A DNA stretch of 63,539 nt, filler included, from Octopus bimaculoides (GCF_001194135.2; 3 parts of 2 records of this genome joined end to end with filler, not necessarily neighbours in it); one strand, 5' to 3'. Numbered from the whole stretch's first letter, positions 1 through 12,500 are shown. Translations and numbers: made by a program. Notes: generated by a model not told the origin, from the sequence alone.

Positions 1-1676
1 ATAAGGTTGAGCTTTTCTTATAATTTCCCATTTAAGGCTAAAATTAATACCATTATCTTTTAACTCCCAAATTTTACTTGCCAATGTCGTACTATTTGCC
101 TTATGTCTAAGTCTAAACGAAGACCTATGGTTATATATTCTCTGTTTCAGGTTAATACTACATCCTATATAAATATAATTCTCGGTTATAGTACTAATGA
201 TGCATCTGTACACTACGTTACGGGAGCAACAATATCCAAATAAAGGACAATGGGACTTTTTTCTACAGTTGCACATGATGGGGTTATCAACCCCACCTAT
301 ATTATTTCTAATATCTCTATTATTATTATTACTACAATTATTTACACTAATATCATTTATCAATTCTTCAATTCTATTATTAGGTATATATTGATTATTA
401 CCATCATTATTTAATTCATTTCCTGATGTGCTATCAGTTAGACTTATTCTTTCCACATTAGGCATATTGATATTATATGAACTATGTCCTTGATCACTAT
501 TATTTCTATTGGAGTTGGGCCTATCATCAACTTCAGTTAAAACCGCAACGTCATTACTGATGCATTCTATTTCTTGGTTGAAATTATGGTCGGTAGGACT
601 AAGTATATTGTTACTATCTTCATAATTTCTTTCGCCATTGTTATTTTCACTTCTATTTGAATAATTATTAGTAGCATCATTATTGGTATTAGCTAGATTA
701 TTATGTGTATTCATATCACCACTATTTATAACTTCATTTATTCTAGCTGACTTGATTTCTTTTTGTTTAACTTAGCTATGATTGTACCTACATTAGGAAG
801 GGTAGAGTAAGAAATTCTGACTGTATGACAAGAGAAGATTTTACTATATCTGTGGGAAGAAGGGAAATGTTTTTGTAAAATATTCATGAATTTTTTGTAA
901 ATATTTGTGGATATTGCACAGTTGAAGGGTATATTTAACCAGATAGAGTTTTTATTTTTTCTCTTAAATTTATTGCGTGGGTGGGTATGGGGTTTACTAT
1001 GATTACTATTACTTCCCAGAACAATATTATTATTATGATTGGTAGTTCTTTTAGTTGTGGGATGCTTATTATTTTTATCATTTGATTCAACATTACTGTC
1101 TACTAACATAGGTTTATTACTAGTGTTAGCATGTAGTTTACTATTAAAATGCACTTTATTACTTTTCTTATTAGTTAGATTTTTAGGTAAATAGGGTTGC
1201 TTTTTATTTGGTCCGTTACTATTACTACTTAAGTTATTAGGTCTGTTATAACACCTATGATTATTATTATTATTATTATCATTATCATTGTTGTTATTGT
1301 TACCATGTGTACTATTATCATTATTATTATTATTATTATTATCTGTATCAAGAAGAGATGTTCTACCATGGTTAAGGAAAGCAATTTTTTGGGCATATCC
1401 AGCTTTAGACAAGGCCATATTATAGTAGCTAGAATTAGAATTAAATATATCAATGTTGGAAGATAATTTAGTAATTCTCTCAGAAATAATTTTAACTAAA
1501 GAATTTAATACATTAGGTGGATGATTGGATAATCTACTTACATATCTAGTAACTTCATTTTCTTTTCTATATGGGTGGTATAATCTAGTTTCTATGTTGA
1601 GAGTGGTATCTAAAAAAAAATTTACAATGTTATTACCATATTCATAAGTAATGTCTAAGTTAAAACTTTTAAAAAA
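1..1676 (-). mobile_element. Penelope-like retroelement, 5'-truncated: RT C-terminus/thumb, linker and GIY-YIG endonuclease; one frameshift near 757; runs off the window
   Basis: Minus-strand translation: FKSFNLDITYEYGNNIVNFFLDTTL..YHPYRKEN..YVSRLSNHPPNVL..RITKLSS..MALSKAGY (open 1676 to 738), then IWLNIPFN..ILQKHFPSSHRYSKIFSCHTVRISYSTLPN. After a one-base shift at about 757 the frame is open to position 1 with CNCRKKSHCPLFGYCCSRNVVYRC..YIYIGCS..KQRIYNHRSSF..LASKIWELKD..KWEIIRKAQPY, the PLE Cys-motif plus GIY-YIG signature. Confidence 0.9.
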
Positions 1677-2018
1677 TTATATATATATACATATACATAG
1701 ATATGAATCTATACGTGTATTGGCGAACGTGTGGGACAGCGTCAAGAATTTATTAACGAAATGAAAATACTTCAATGACGTCCACCGAGCATTATACTTA
1801 GAACAGTTATGTTGTTAAAACACAGGTAGATTTACCTATGTCTGTGCATATACGTACACTCGTGCCCCCGCACACACGCACAAGCACACACATGCACACA
1901 AACATTATTTTACTATGAGTGATGTTACAAGTTCTTCCATGTCTTTCAATAATTGAATTAAATTTCTGTAAATTAATTCGTTTAGGTCTATTAGTCTGTC
2001 GATCTCTTTGTTCGCCTC

Positions 2019-2110
<92 letters not shown>

Positions 2111-2183
2111 CCTACCTATCTNNNNNNNNNNTATATATGTATGTATGTATATATATATGTATGTATGTATATATATATGTATG

Positions 2184-2217
<34 letters not shown>

Positions 2218-2218
2218 C

Positions 2219-3425
2219 GTAATATATTTGAGAACAGATTTATGTTTATAAAGAGTCAGATATATAATAACATATATTTATTTTTTACCAATAATACTAT
2301 GACGATAAAAATAAACTTTCTTTTCTATAATGCTATTCAATAAAGCCATCTTCAGCTTCAACAACCGCTTCTAAATGAGATCTAAATCATCTACACGCGT
2401 AGATCAAATGGTCCTGGTTCATTTTGGATATTACTCTGAATGTGGCAGTTTTCATGGATTCTTTGTTGTTTTGGGCGTGTTCATTGACCTCTCTCCACGT
2501 GTTCATTGAAAACTCTCCACATGCATTAGTCCAACAGAATGAGATCTGGGGCATTAGGCCGAAGTTTAGGGTGATGTGATCATGAAAACTTTCAGCCATC
2601 GATTCCTGTGTTACTAGAGCCATGTTTGATAGTACAGAGTCTTACTGAAACATATATGGCGTTCCATTGCATACACTGTCTATCGAGGGCTTAACAATTA
2701 TCTTCAGGATCTGAATGTAGGTGGCAGAGTAAACTGTAAGGCCATGTGGAAAGAAGTAAGGAGGCATCACATGTTCTTCATTGCTGACAATCCCTAGACC
2801 CCTGACAGTTGCAGGAAGTTTTGTATGCATAACACTTGGAACTTCAGAAGAGTCTGCACATAACCATCTGTCATTTCTTTTGTTAAATTTTTGAACTTGG
2901 TCGGAGTTTTTCTTGTTTGTGAAAAATCAAATCAAATCTTCTGCTGGATTTTTCAGTTTGTTTAAGATCTGATGTAGTGTTTTTTCGGAGAAATTGACAT
3001 GTACTCATCATATATGACTTATATCTAATGTCTTCATGGACATTTCTGAGTGTTTCTTCTGACACATGGAGATCTTTTGCAATTGACCTCATGGACTTTC
3101 TGAAATGGTAATCAATGGTCTGTTGAACTTTCTGAATAAATTCAAGCGTTCTGATGATTTCAGAGCGTTTAGAATGCTTTGATACTGGTGATACGTTTCC
3201 ATTGTCAGTCCTTACAAACTTTGTAGACGAAAGATCTGGCAACTTTTAAAACTCAAGATATTTTTAAATCACTTTGCTCAGCCTTTATAACCACAAAAAC
3301 AACATGGCTCTTCATACTTTGAATAAGCTGACGGTCTTCCATTATTATTTTGTGAAACAACCGTTATAAAGTGTTAGCAAAGAATGCAGCAATGACCCAA
3401 AATGTTATGTCCTCAAATACCTTAC
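2219..3425 (-). mobile_element. Decayed Tc1/mariner-superfamily transposon, maT (DD37D)-like transposase pseudogene with degenerate TIRs
   Basis: Fragments: RKSMRSIAKDLHVSEETLR (HTH), LGIVSNEEHVMPPYFFPHGL..VKPSIDSVCNGTPYMFQ*DS, VTQESMAESFHDHIT, RVISKMNQDHLIYACR. The ends cgtaatatatttgagaaca (about 2219) and the reverse complement cgtaaggtatttgaggaca (about 3425) are imperfect inverted repeats. Confidence 0.8.
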
Positions 3426-3439
3426 GCGTCGTTTACTAA

Positions 3440-3702
3440 TTTACACCTTTCAGTCAATTGTCTGCGATCATGCTGAAGCACCACCATTAGTTGAAGAAAT
3501 CAACCACAGGACTTATTCTTTGTAAGCCTCGTATTTATTCTATAAGTATCTTATGCCCAGCCGCTACGTTTTGGGGACATAAACACACCAACATCGGTTG
3601 TCAAGCGATGGAGGCGGGGGGGGGACAAGCACAGACGCAAATACACACACACAAGTATATATATACATACATAATATACATATATATATATATATATATA
3701 TA
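3440..3702 (-). mobile_element. SINE-like family B, 3' half, running into a microsatellite and gap
   Basis: Shares cacaggacttattctttgtaagcct..gtacttattctat with the copies at 18225-18860 and 20485-20925. Confidence 0.6.
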
Positions 3703-5086
3703 NNNNNNNNNNNNNNNNNNNNNNNNNNNNNNNNNNNNNNNNNNNNNNNNNNNNNNNNNNNNNNNNNNNNNNNNNNNNNNNNNNNNNNNNNNNNNNNNNN
3801 NNNNNNNNNNNNNNNNNNNNNNNNNNNNNNNNNNNNNNNNNNNNNNNNNNNNNNNNNNNNNNNNNNNNNNNNNNNNNNNNNNNNNNNNNNNNNNNNNNNN
3901 NNNNNNNNNNNNNNNNNNNNNNNNNNNNNNNNNNNNNNNNNNNNNNNNNNNNNNNNNNNNNNNNNNNNNNNNNNNNNNNNNNNNNNNNNNNNNNNNNNNN
4001 NNNNNNNNNNNNNNNNNNNNNNNNNNNATATACAATACACACTCACACCCAGATAAATGCAGATGATTTCTTGCAACAATACTTCTTGCCTTAACCTTTG
4101 TAACATAATTTTACCGTTCAACAATCTAAATAAGTTTTTTTGATTTTCAAATATGTATAACAACTCATATTTGATTCAAACTGCCGTCTGTACACACTTA
4201 CTTTTCAATATATCTTAAATGCAACGTTTGTTTGCGTTTTCCCATTATCTTCTAGACAGTTGTAATGCATAATTGTTTAATATGTACTTCAATTATTGCA
4301 ATTGTTAATAATTGCTTTTTTTCACTTTGAAAATTACCAATTCTACTATAGAATACAATTTTTTTTTTACTTGCATTTTCACTTAAAATATTCTGTTTCT
4401 ATTTAATGCACACCAAAACTAATTGCATATGAATAAAAAGATTCCATCTAGGTCAAGTGTAATGAGAACAAAGAAAATTATTGAAGCAAGACATTAACAT
4501 TTAGGGCAATGTGTATAAAGATGTTTCACAAATACGGAATATTTCAATCGAAAATATACATAGTGGAACAGCTACATTTGATGTGCAAAATTTAGATTTC
4601 AATCAATGAGAGTTGAACATTGTAACATGTTTAACATTGCAATACCATTAATTAAATATATGATATATATAGTAGGAAATTTGTAGCATATTGTAATACT
4701 TGAGAATACTTGAGGCATATTAGCAACAGCAAGATGTATTTGACAATATATTTTACTGGTAATCAAATAAATTTTCGTAGCACGTTTGGATTGTTCAAGA
4801 AGACTAATATTACTCATCAAAATTTACGTATTAATAAAGCAATATTCAGTAATAAAATATAGATTACTATCTAATTAGAAAATCTCTTCGGATGATATTC
4901 ACCTGTTATATGGAGCAGCGAGACATTTCAATCCTATTCACATATGATTGTGATGATTGTGCCTGGTGTATCCTAATCAGCGTGGTAGTAATGATAGGTA
5001 TATCGGGATTCGGGTATTTGAGCCTCAGCGTTACTGTTATTCATCATCTTTTTCTTCTCCTTCTTTTCCTTCTTCTCTCGCACTCA

Positions 5087-5108
5087 ATAATAATAATAAT
5101 AATAATAA

Positions 5109-5139
<31 letters not shown>

Positions 5140-5200
5140 AAGAAGAAGAAGAAGAAGAAGAAGAAGAAGAAGAAGAAGAAGAAGAAGAAGAAGAAGAAGA
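5087..5200 (+). repeat. Compound microsatellite (AAT)n(AAG)n
   Basis: Perfect trinucleotide runs; source of the poly-K/poly-R/poly-L ORFs. Confidence 0.98.
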
Positions 5201-5290
5201 TTTGTGAACAGAACTAAGCAGTTCCAGGAGAACAGATTGGTCAAAAATAACCCGAAGCAATTCTTCCGAACGTTAGAAGGAGACTGTGAG
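5198..5290 (+). mobile_element. Short R4/Dong-clade non-LTR retrotransposon fragment
   Basis: RFVNRTKQFQENRLVKNNPKQFFRTLEG resembles the pre-RT motif (QNRLF..N.K.FY..L) of R4/Dong ORFs; short, so moderate confidence. Confidence 0.55.
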
Positions 5291-5299
5291 AGCTTCTGA

Positions 5300-6090
5300 A
5301 CACTGCAGGTGCCAAGCGCCATTTCTTGGTCTTCTCTTGGTCCAGGACTGTCAATGAAACGAGCTGCGGAAAATCTTGTTTGACAAAAGGCGACAACACC
5401 TGTTCACCGTTAAGAAAGTGCTAGACATGTTGCAGCCCCAGGGCGTGTCTGCGCATCACTAGCTACAGCATGCCCAGTCCTCTACTCAGCGGCTGTTGAA
5501 TGCAGGTAGACCGTCTGACCAGTGGATCAGGAACCTTCCACAAAAAGTGGAAGAGCAAGCGCTCCATATGATCAGCCATGAAGCTGGATAAGCGACGACG
5601 GTCAGGCAGCAGTAGATGACAGAAGCGATGTATGTATTTGCCACCTCCACCCGATCTTTTCGGGACAGCTTCCTCCCTGACCCTTTCTGAGTGAGATTGG
5701 CTACCCTTACTCGTCACCTCCCACCATTTCTTGTCCACGTAAAAGTCCGGAATAGGCCGGACCCGGAGCAATTCAACTGGTCCTTCCGTCCACCGTCCTA
5801 CTACGCTGTCAGTTGGCATGTCTCTTCAAGTGCCGGGCTGCATGTCCACCGACTTGTCCTGAATATTTTTTGCTCCTGTCACCGCTTCGTGCTCTCTTAA
5901 AGTAGAGCCCATTACCTCGACTTCTGAGCTGTCTGACACTATTACGGTGACGTCGTCCGCATAAGCCGACACGAACCTTCCGCATCCTAGATCACGCGGG
6001 TTGCCCCTCGAAATATCCAACTTCCTCAGTAATGGCTCGAAAGGCAGCACGTACAGAAATGGAGAGTGTGGGCATCCTTGACGGACCGAG
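5300..6090 (-). mobile_element. L1/Tx1-clade LINE reverse transcriptase fragment (frameshifted)
   Basis: HSSVRQGCPHSPFLYVLPFEPLLRKL..SAYADDVTVIVS..AVTGAKNIQDKS, then LLFHFLWK..LVRRSTCIQQPLSRGLGM: QGCPLSP and YADD motifs plus the Tx1-type post-RT region. Confidence 0.88.
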
Positions 6091-7094
6091 CTATGCTAAC
6101 AACATTAAAAAAAAGTTCGTTCGAGATTTTCAAGAGTAATATATACTGTTTAAAGGATTCTGAAAGACACAAGTATCCGTCAATTAGATTGTCTCAAATT
6201 ATAAAGAATAACGGAGATACTTTACAGTTGACTCTGCATAGTTAAAAAGAAAATTTGGCATTGGCAGGATTTGAAAACGGAAGTTGAAGTATTGCTACTA
6301 AATACTGCATGGCATTTTCTTTGGCTCTCTGATCATTAATGTAATCCACCCCATTGTACATCTCTCAAGGGCATTTAACTTGTTATTCATTTGGCTATTT
6401 GCCCAAACACTCATTGTATCGATCCATGAAGTGTAAATGCCAATGTCGACTGGGAGAATTTATATACTACAAAGTATTTCCCTCAATGCTATAATGGTTT
6501 ATAAAATTACAGACCACACTTAAATAAATGTGACATATATGAGTCAAAGAAGAACTGTGTTCTGAATGTCCCTATAAGAAGGAAAATAATATTTATAGTA
6601 AAGCAAATGAATATAATGAAACAAAAAATGCCATAAATGCATGAGCTGATGTTAAATATAAGTTCTCTTATAAGACGCATGCAACCACGCATACTTACAC
6701 GTGCGCATGCATATATACAGAAAAAAAAATATATCTCTTTTAAAGACAAATAGTACAATTACGCCAAAAAAGAATATCATACGAATATATAAAACTTTGT
6801 GTTTCTATTACTAAATTCTAGAAATGAATCGAAGAACCGATGCATAATTTTTCAGTCTTCTTTACTTTTTACTTCTACATTTTGGTATAAAAGGAAGTGT
6901 GTTAATTTTAAGTGTACTAATAATAAAGTATGTTAGCTCTGCTTTGATCCTCTGTGATCACATAAATAATTCGCGAGTTACATATATATAGCACGTATGT
7001 TTTAAATATATATAATTGTTAAAGAGGACAACAAACGTTACTGCAAGGCAGACATCTCAAATCATATATGTTATTATCTTCGGAAAAATTCAAA

Positions 7095-7150
7095 GTCTTA
7101 CAATTGTTTCTGGGATATCTCAGAGTATGGGAAATTCCGTCATCGGAGAC
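7095..7150 (-). ncRNA. Hammerhead-ribozyme-like motif (type I, minimal helix III)
   Basis: Minus strand GTCT-CCGATGA-cgga atttccca tactc tgagatat ccca-GAAAC-AATT-GTA-AGAC: stem I GTCT/AGAC, palindrome ACAATTGT, GUA triplet; U4 is C. Confidence 0.55.
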
Positions 7151-7559
7151 AAATAGGGAAAATGAGAAGGGTATAGATTAATGAAATGACGACATAGAGG
7201 ACAACAGAAAAGTAAAAAGGCGATGAAGAAAGAGAAGAAAAAAGAAGCATAAAAGTTCACAGTTCAACTTTCTGATCATATTGAAGTAAGTCCGTGAGTT
7301 CTTAGGTGCAATGCTGTGTAAATCCATATAGATTAAAGTATTAATAATCTAAATATGCAGAAATAGACGTGACCGTGTCAACAGAATACGAGCGGTAGTG
7401 GTTACTAGAAGGTAAAAAGAAAGAAAAATAATTAAATAGAAAGAGAGGTAGAAAGAGTTAGGGAGGAAATTAAGGATTGGCATTAAGGATAAAATAAGGT
7501 ATATAAGGATAGAGTGTATAAGAATATAGTGTACAAATATAACCAAGAAGGTATATATA

Positions 7560-7608
<49 letters not shown>

Positions 7609-8419
7609 TTATATATATATAAGGGTAATTAAGCAGGGAAGAGAATGTAAAGCGAGATAACGTAAAATCAACTATAAAGTAAAATGAAAGGAATTTCCAA
7701 GGGTATAGTAGGTGCCAGTGGAATTGTTCTAGTCTGTAGGGGTTGGGGTGGAAATCTAATCATAAGTTTTTGTGCTCGTTTTACGCCAAGGCCAGTTGCT
7801 ATAGAAATATTTTTTAACATTTGGGGTATGGGTGTGTAGGTAGTCGTGAATGAAGAAACCAATTGAATGTTAAATTATTTAGGAATAAAATTTAAAGGGA
7901 TTTATTTGGTTGAGGTTTAAAAATGATTAAAGAATTATCATTTATCTTATAAATTGAGGAGGTAAGGTCGATGGACGAATTCCTTTATCGTATATAGTAA
8001 TGGGATAAAGTTGATAGAAGAATTGCTTTCATTTTACTTTATTAAGTTTTTTTTTTACGTTATCTTATTTTACCTCCTCCTCTCTCCTCAATTACTATTA
8101 TATATTCATTTATTTATCATCTTGGTTATTTTTGTACCTTATATTTTTATATACTATATCTTTATATACCTTATATTATTCTTAATACCAATCCTTAATT
8201 TCCTTCCTCACTCTCTCTACTTCTCTTTCTATTTATTTATTTATTTATTTATTTTACATAGCATTGTACCTAAGGATTTACAGACTTCTACATGATCAGA
8301 AATTTGAACTGTGAACTTTTATGCTTGTTTTTCGTCTCTTTCTTCATCATCTTATTCCTTTTCTCGTGTCCACTGTGTCGTCATTTCATTAATCTATACC
8401 CTTCTCATTTTCCCTATTT

Positions 8420-8475
8420 GTCCCCGATGATAGAATATCTCATACTCTGGGAAATAGCAGAAACAGCTGTAAGAC
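8420..8475 (+). ncRNA. Hammerhead-ribozyme-like motif (type I, minimal helix III)
   Basis: GTCC-CCGATGA-taga atatctca tactc tgggaaat agca-GAAAC-AGCT-GTA-AGAC; palindrome ACAGCTGT; U4 is C. Confidence 0.5.
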
Positions 8476-8560
8476 TGAATTTTTCCAATAATGATAACGT
8501 ATATGACTTGAGATGTTTGTCCTGCGGTAACGTTGTCCTCTTTAACAACTTTGTGTGTGC

Positions 8561-8600
<40 letters not shown>

Positions 8601-9094
8601 NNNNNNNNNNNNNNNNNNNNNNNNNNNNNNNNNNNNNNNNNNNNNNNNNNNNNNNNNNNNNNNNNNNNNNNNNNNNNNNNNNNNNNNNNNNNNNNNNNNN
8701 NNNNNNNNNNNNNNNNNNNNNNNNNNNNNNNNNNNNNNNNNNNNNNNNNNNNNNNNNNNNNNNNNNNNNNNNNNNNNNNNNNNNNNNNNNNNNNNNNNNN
8801 NNNNNNNNNNNNNNNNNNNNNNNNNNNNNNNNNNNNNNNNNNNNNNNNNNNNNNNNNNNNNNNNNNNNNNNNNNNNNNNNNNNNNNNNNNNNNNNNNNNN
8901 NNNNNNNNNNNNNNNNNNNNNNNNNNNNNNNNNNNNNNNNNNNNNNNNNNNNNNNNNNNNNNNNNNNNNNNNNNNNNNNNNNNNNNNNNNNNNNNNNNNN
9001 NNNNNNNNNNNNNNNNNNNNNNNNNNNNNNNNNNNNNNNNNNNNNNNNNNNNNNNNNNNNNNNNNNNNNNNNNNNNNNNNNNNNNNNNNNNNNN

Positions 9095-9134
<40 letters not shown>

Positions 9135-9570
9135 GTAATATATATAGGGTGTTTGAAGTGTTGTACAGATATTGTACATAAAGAAAAAGGATCAGTCAGA
9201 TTCTTTTATAATCCGCTATTAGCGCTTTCGCTCTTTTGGTCAAATTTTTCAAGCGGATGTGTCTTCTACCTTGTTTTGAAGAGGAGAAAATGTTATTTTG
9301 GGGAAAAGCTAGAACGAGCGGAAGATAGGGGCAGGACAATAGAAAAAGAGAAAGAAAAAGAAAAGTGGTGAGAAAGGATAGACAGAGGGATGTGTCTGTT
9401 CAATTATATTGTATTGGTCTGGTCAACGTATTAAAATTTAATTACAATTCCAGAAAGCATCTTTTCTTTCTCCTCTTTCATTTCTCATTATATACCTATC
9501 AACATGTTTGTAAATATACAGATTTTCTCATCATACACATATTGATATATTTCATTGTCTGCGTGCCTGT

Positions 9571-9612
9571 GTATCTGATGACGGGTTACTACCCAGAAAC
9601 TCGGGTCTGTGT
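9571..9612 (+). ncRNA. Degenerate hammerhead-like motif
   Basis: CTGATGA-cGGGT tact ACCCa-GAAAC-TCGG-GTC: core and stem II present, stem I not convincingly paired. Confidence 0.3.
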
Positions 9613-9775
9613 GTATCACGTAAGGCTAGATATGGGAACGAAGATTTCCCTTCGCAAATGCTACTCATACGCAGACAGTGTGTCGTAGTCAGCTGGAGAT
9701 GTCTTCCTGCTGCTATAAACAATAGTAACATCATCCCCTATGGGTCCTCTACATTTAGGTGGCAAATATACTTCA

Positions 9776-9808
<33 letters not shown>

Positions 9809-10534
9809 NNNNNNNNNNNNNNNNNNNNNNNNNNNNNNNNNNNNNNNNNNNNNNNNNNNNNNNNNNNNNNNNNNNNNNNNNNNNNNNNNNNNNNNNNNNN
9901 NNNNNNNNNNNNNNNNNNNNNNNNNNNNNNNNNNNNNNNNNNNNNNNNNNNNNNNNNNNNNNNNNNNNNNNNNNNNNNNNNNNNNNNNNNNNNNNNNNNN
10001 NNNNNNNNNNNNNNNNNNNNNNNNNNNNNNNNNNNNNNNNNNNNNNNNNNNNNNNNNNNNNNNNNNNNNNNNNNNNNNNNNNNNNNNNNNNNNNNNNNNN
10101 NNNNNNNNNNNNNNNNNNNNNNNNNNNNNNNNNNNNNNNNNNNNNNNNNNNNNNNNNNNNNNNNNNNNNNNNNNNNNNNNNNNNNNNNNNNNNNNNNNNN
10201 NNNNNNNNNNNNNNNNNNNNNNNNNNNNNNNNNNNNNNNNNNNNNNNNNNNNNNNNNNNNNNNNNNNNNNNNNNNNNNNNNNNNNNNNNNNNNNNNNNNN
10301 NNNNNNNNNNNNNNNNNNNNNNNNNNNNNNNNNNNNNNNNNNNNNNNNNNNNNNNNNNNNNNNNNNNNNNNNNNNNNNNNNNNNNNNNNNNNNNNNNNNN
10401 NNNNNNNNNNNNNNNNNNNNNNNNNNNNNNNNNNNNNNNNNNNNNNNNNNNNNNNNNNNNNNNNNNNNNNNNNNNNNNNNNNNNNNNNNNNNNNNNNNNN
10501 NNNNNNNNNNNNNNNTATATATATATATATATGG

Positions 10535-10690
10535 GAGAATATACGAAAAAACAACAACAGACGAGGACAGGTGGTGTAAATAACAAAAGGATGTATTAGT
10601 ATGACGCTCGGGAATACGAAAAGTCTTTGACGTTTCGAGCTACGCTCTTCAACAGAAAGAATACGGAGACAAGGAGAAAAACACACACGC
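10535..10690 (-). mobile_element. Short non-coding repeat family F with hammerhead-like motif at 10624-10660
   Basis: Homologous to 24836-25030. Minus strand TCTTT-CTGTTGA-A-GAGC gta GCTC-GAAAC-GTC-AAAGA: 5-bp stem I, 4-bp stem II, ACGT palindrome, GUC triplet. Confidence 0.65.
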
Positions 10691-11695
10691 ACACAGCCAC
10701 CCAGTCACCCTCACACATATATGTGCATATAATACCGGAAACTCAGGAGGTATGAGATGTGAATCTATATTTAGTTACCCATTTGACTTCCATAAGTGTA
10801 CGGATGTTTCACTAACTTCCTCACCTTGTGATGGTAGCTGCACGATTATCTCAGCCCAAATCTCTATACTATTCATTTACCTACCTGTGTATATTAAAAT
10901 ACACACCGAAGCACGCAAGCACACACACACACACGCACACACACACGTATAAACACACGTATAAACACAAACATGTACACACATATAGGCACATATACAG
11001 TGCGCATAATTTGCACTTATGCTTAAATGGATGGTTTTATAGCCAGAATAGGCAAATGTGTAAAAATTTTAAATTTACTACCTCTGAAATAGTATGCAGC
11101 ATGTTCCTGCAGACATAATTATAAGACTACACACTTATTTTTCATGATAGGCTAAAAAGAAAGAATTAAAACTGAGAGTTTTTCAATGGCAAACATTATT
11201 ACATACATAAAATCTTAGAAAATATAATTTAAGATGTATATATATATATTTGCATGCATGTTTTTGCAATAAAATATCATTTGGGGCATAACATACGTAT
11301 ATATATATATATATATATCTGTCTCTTTCTCTTTGGCGCTCCTTCTCTCTCCTTCACACTCTCTTTCTATATATATATATGCATACACACACAGACACAC
11401 ACAGACACACACATACACACACACATACATACACACACACACACACACANNNNNNNNNNNNNNNNNNNNNNNNNNNNNNNNNNNNNNNNNNNNNNNNNNN
11501 NNNNNNNNNNNNNNNNNNNNNNNNNNNNNNNNNNNNNNNNNNNNNNNNNNNNNNNNNNNNNNNNNNNNNNNNNNNNNNNNNNNNNNNNNNNNNNNNNNNN
11601 NNNNNNNNNNNNNNNNNNNNNNNNNNNNNNNNNNNNNNNNNNNNNNNNNNNNNNNNNNNNNNNNNNNNNNNNNNNNNNNNNNNNNNNNNNNNNNN

Positions 11696-11730
<35 letters not shown>

Positions 11731-12316
11731 GAGATATATGTATATGTATGTGTGTATGCATACAAATACGCATACGTCTATCTATGCATATATATGTATG
11801 ACTGCATATCTGTTTATGTTTGTATGTATATGTATTTTCGTGGTTTCACTCTGTGTAGGCTGGTGTCTGAATAAAGAATAAAATAAAATATACCATTTCA
11901 AAGTCACTTTCTAATGCGAATTTATTTTTCATTGCAGCAGTTATTGAATTATTTCATATTTCGGAATTATCGAATGCATTATTTAATTACTTTCCCGTCT
12001 ACGAAATAATCATAAAATATACCCGAAAGCAAGGAAGACTTTTAACTAACTCTAGTCATTCCACAGAACTCTGTACAAGTTAATTTTTACATTTAAAAGA
12101 AGACGAAACACGACCTCCAGCATAAAATATTGTGGGTAGTCATGCGCACATATTAGTTTTCTAGAGTATGGACTACAATTATTTCTTAGTTTCTATTTGA
12201 ATTTGAGCTCCTTAAATTTATTTTCTACCTACTTCATTGTAAACGTCACTGCAAAATGTGAGCTACCTCTTCTCCCTCTCTATCACACGCTCTCTATCAC
12301 TCTCTCTTTGAGCTCA

Positions 12317-12317
<1 letters not shown>

Positions 12318-12402
<85 letters not shown>

Positions 12403-12407
12403 CAGAG

Positions 12408-12446
<39 letters not shown>

Positions 12447-12500
12447 CAGATACATATAGATATATAGATAGATAGATAGATACATATAGATATATATACA
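12318..12500 (+). repeat. (GA)n followed by (TAGA)n microsatellite
   Basis: Direct reading. Confidence 0.95.

Larger units (their letters stand above)
7017..8548. mobile_element. Long imperfect inverted repeat (arms about 7017-7695 and 8021-8548), each arm with a hammerhead-like motif; probable Penelope-like 3' end with inverted pseudo-LTR
   Basis: Arms align in reverse complement throughout (ttgttaaagaggacaac; gcataaaagttcacagttcaa; ataaagtaaaatgaaag) with substantial divergence. The central minus-strand segment only weakly resembles a GIY-YIG C-terminus. Confidence 0.7.

Noticed and set aside
753-765. Programmed -1 frameshift in the Penelope ORF
   Set aside because: The site is C_AAA_AAG, not a canonical X_XXY_YYZ heptamer, and no downstream structure is evident; more likely a 1-bp deletion or sequencing error.
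4030-4870. Faint Helitron-helicase-like phrases on the minus strand
   Set aside because: Too many stops and no diagnostic motif recovered with confidence.
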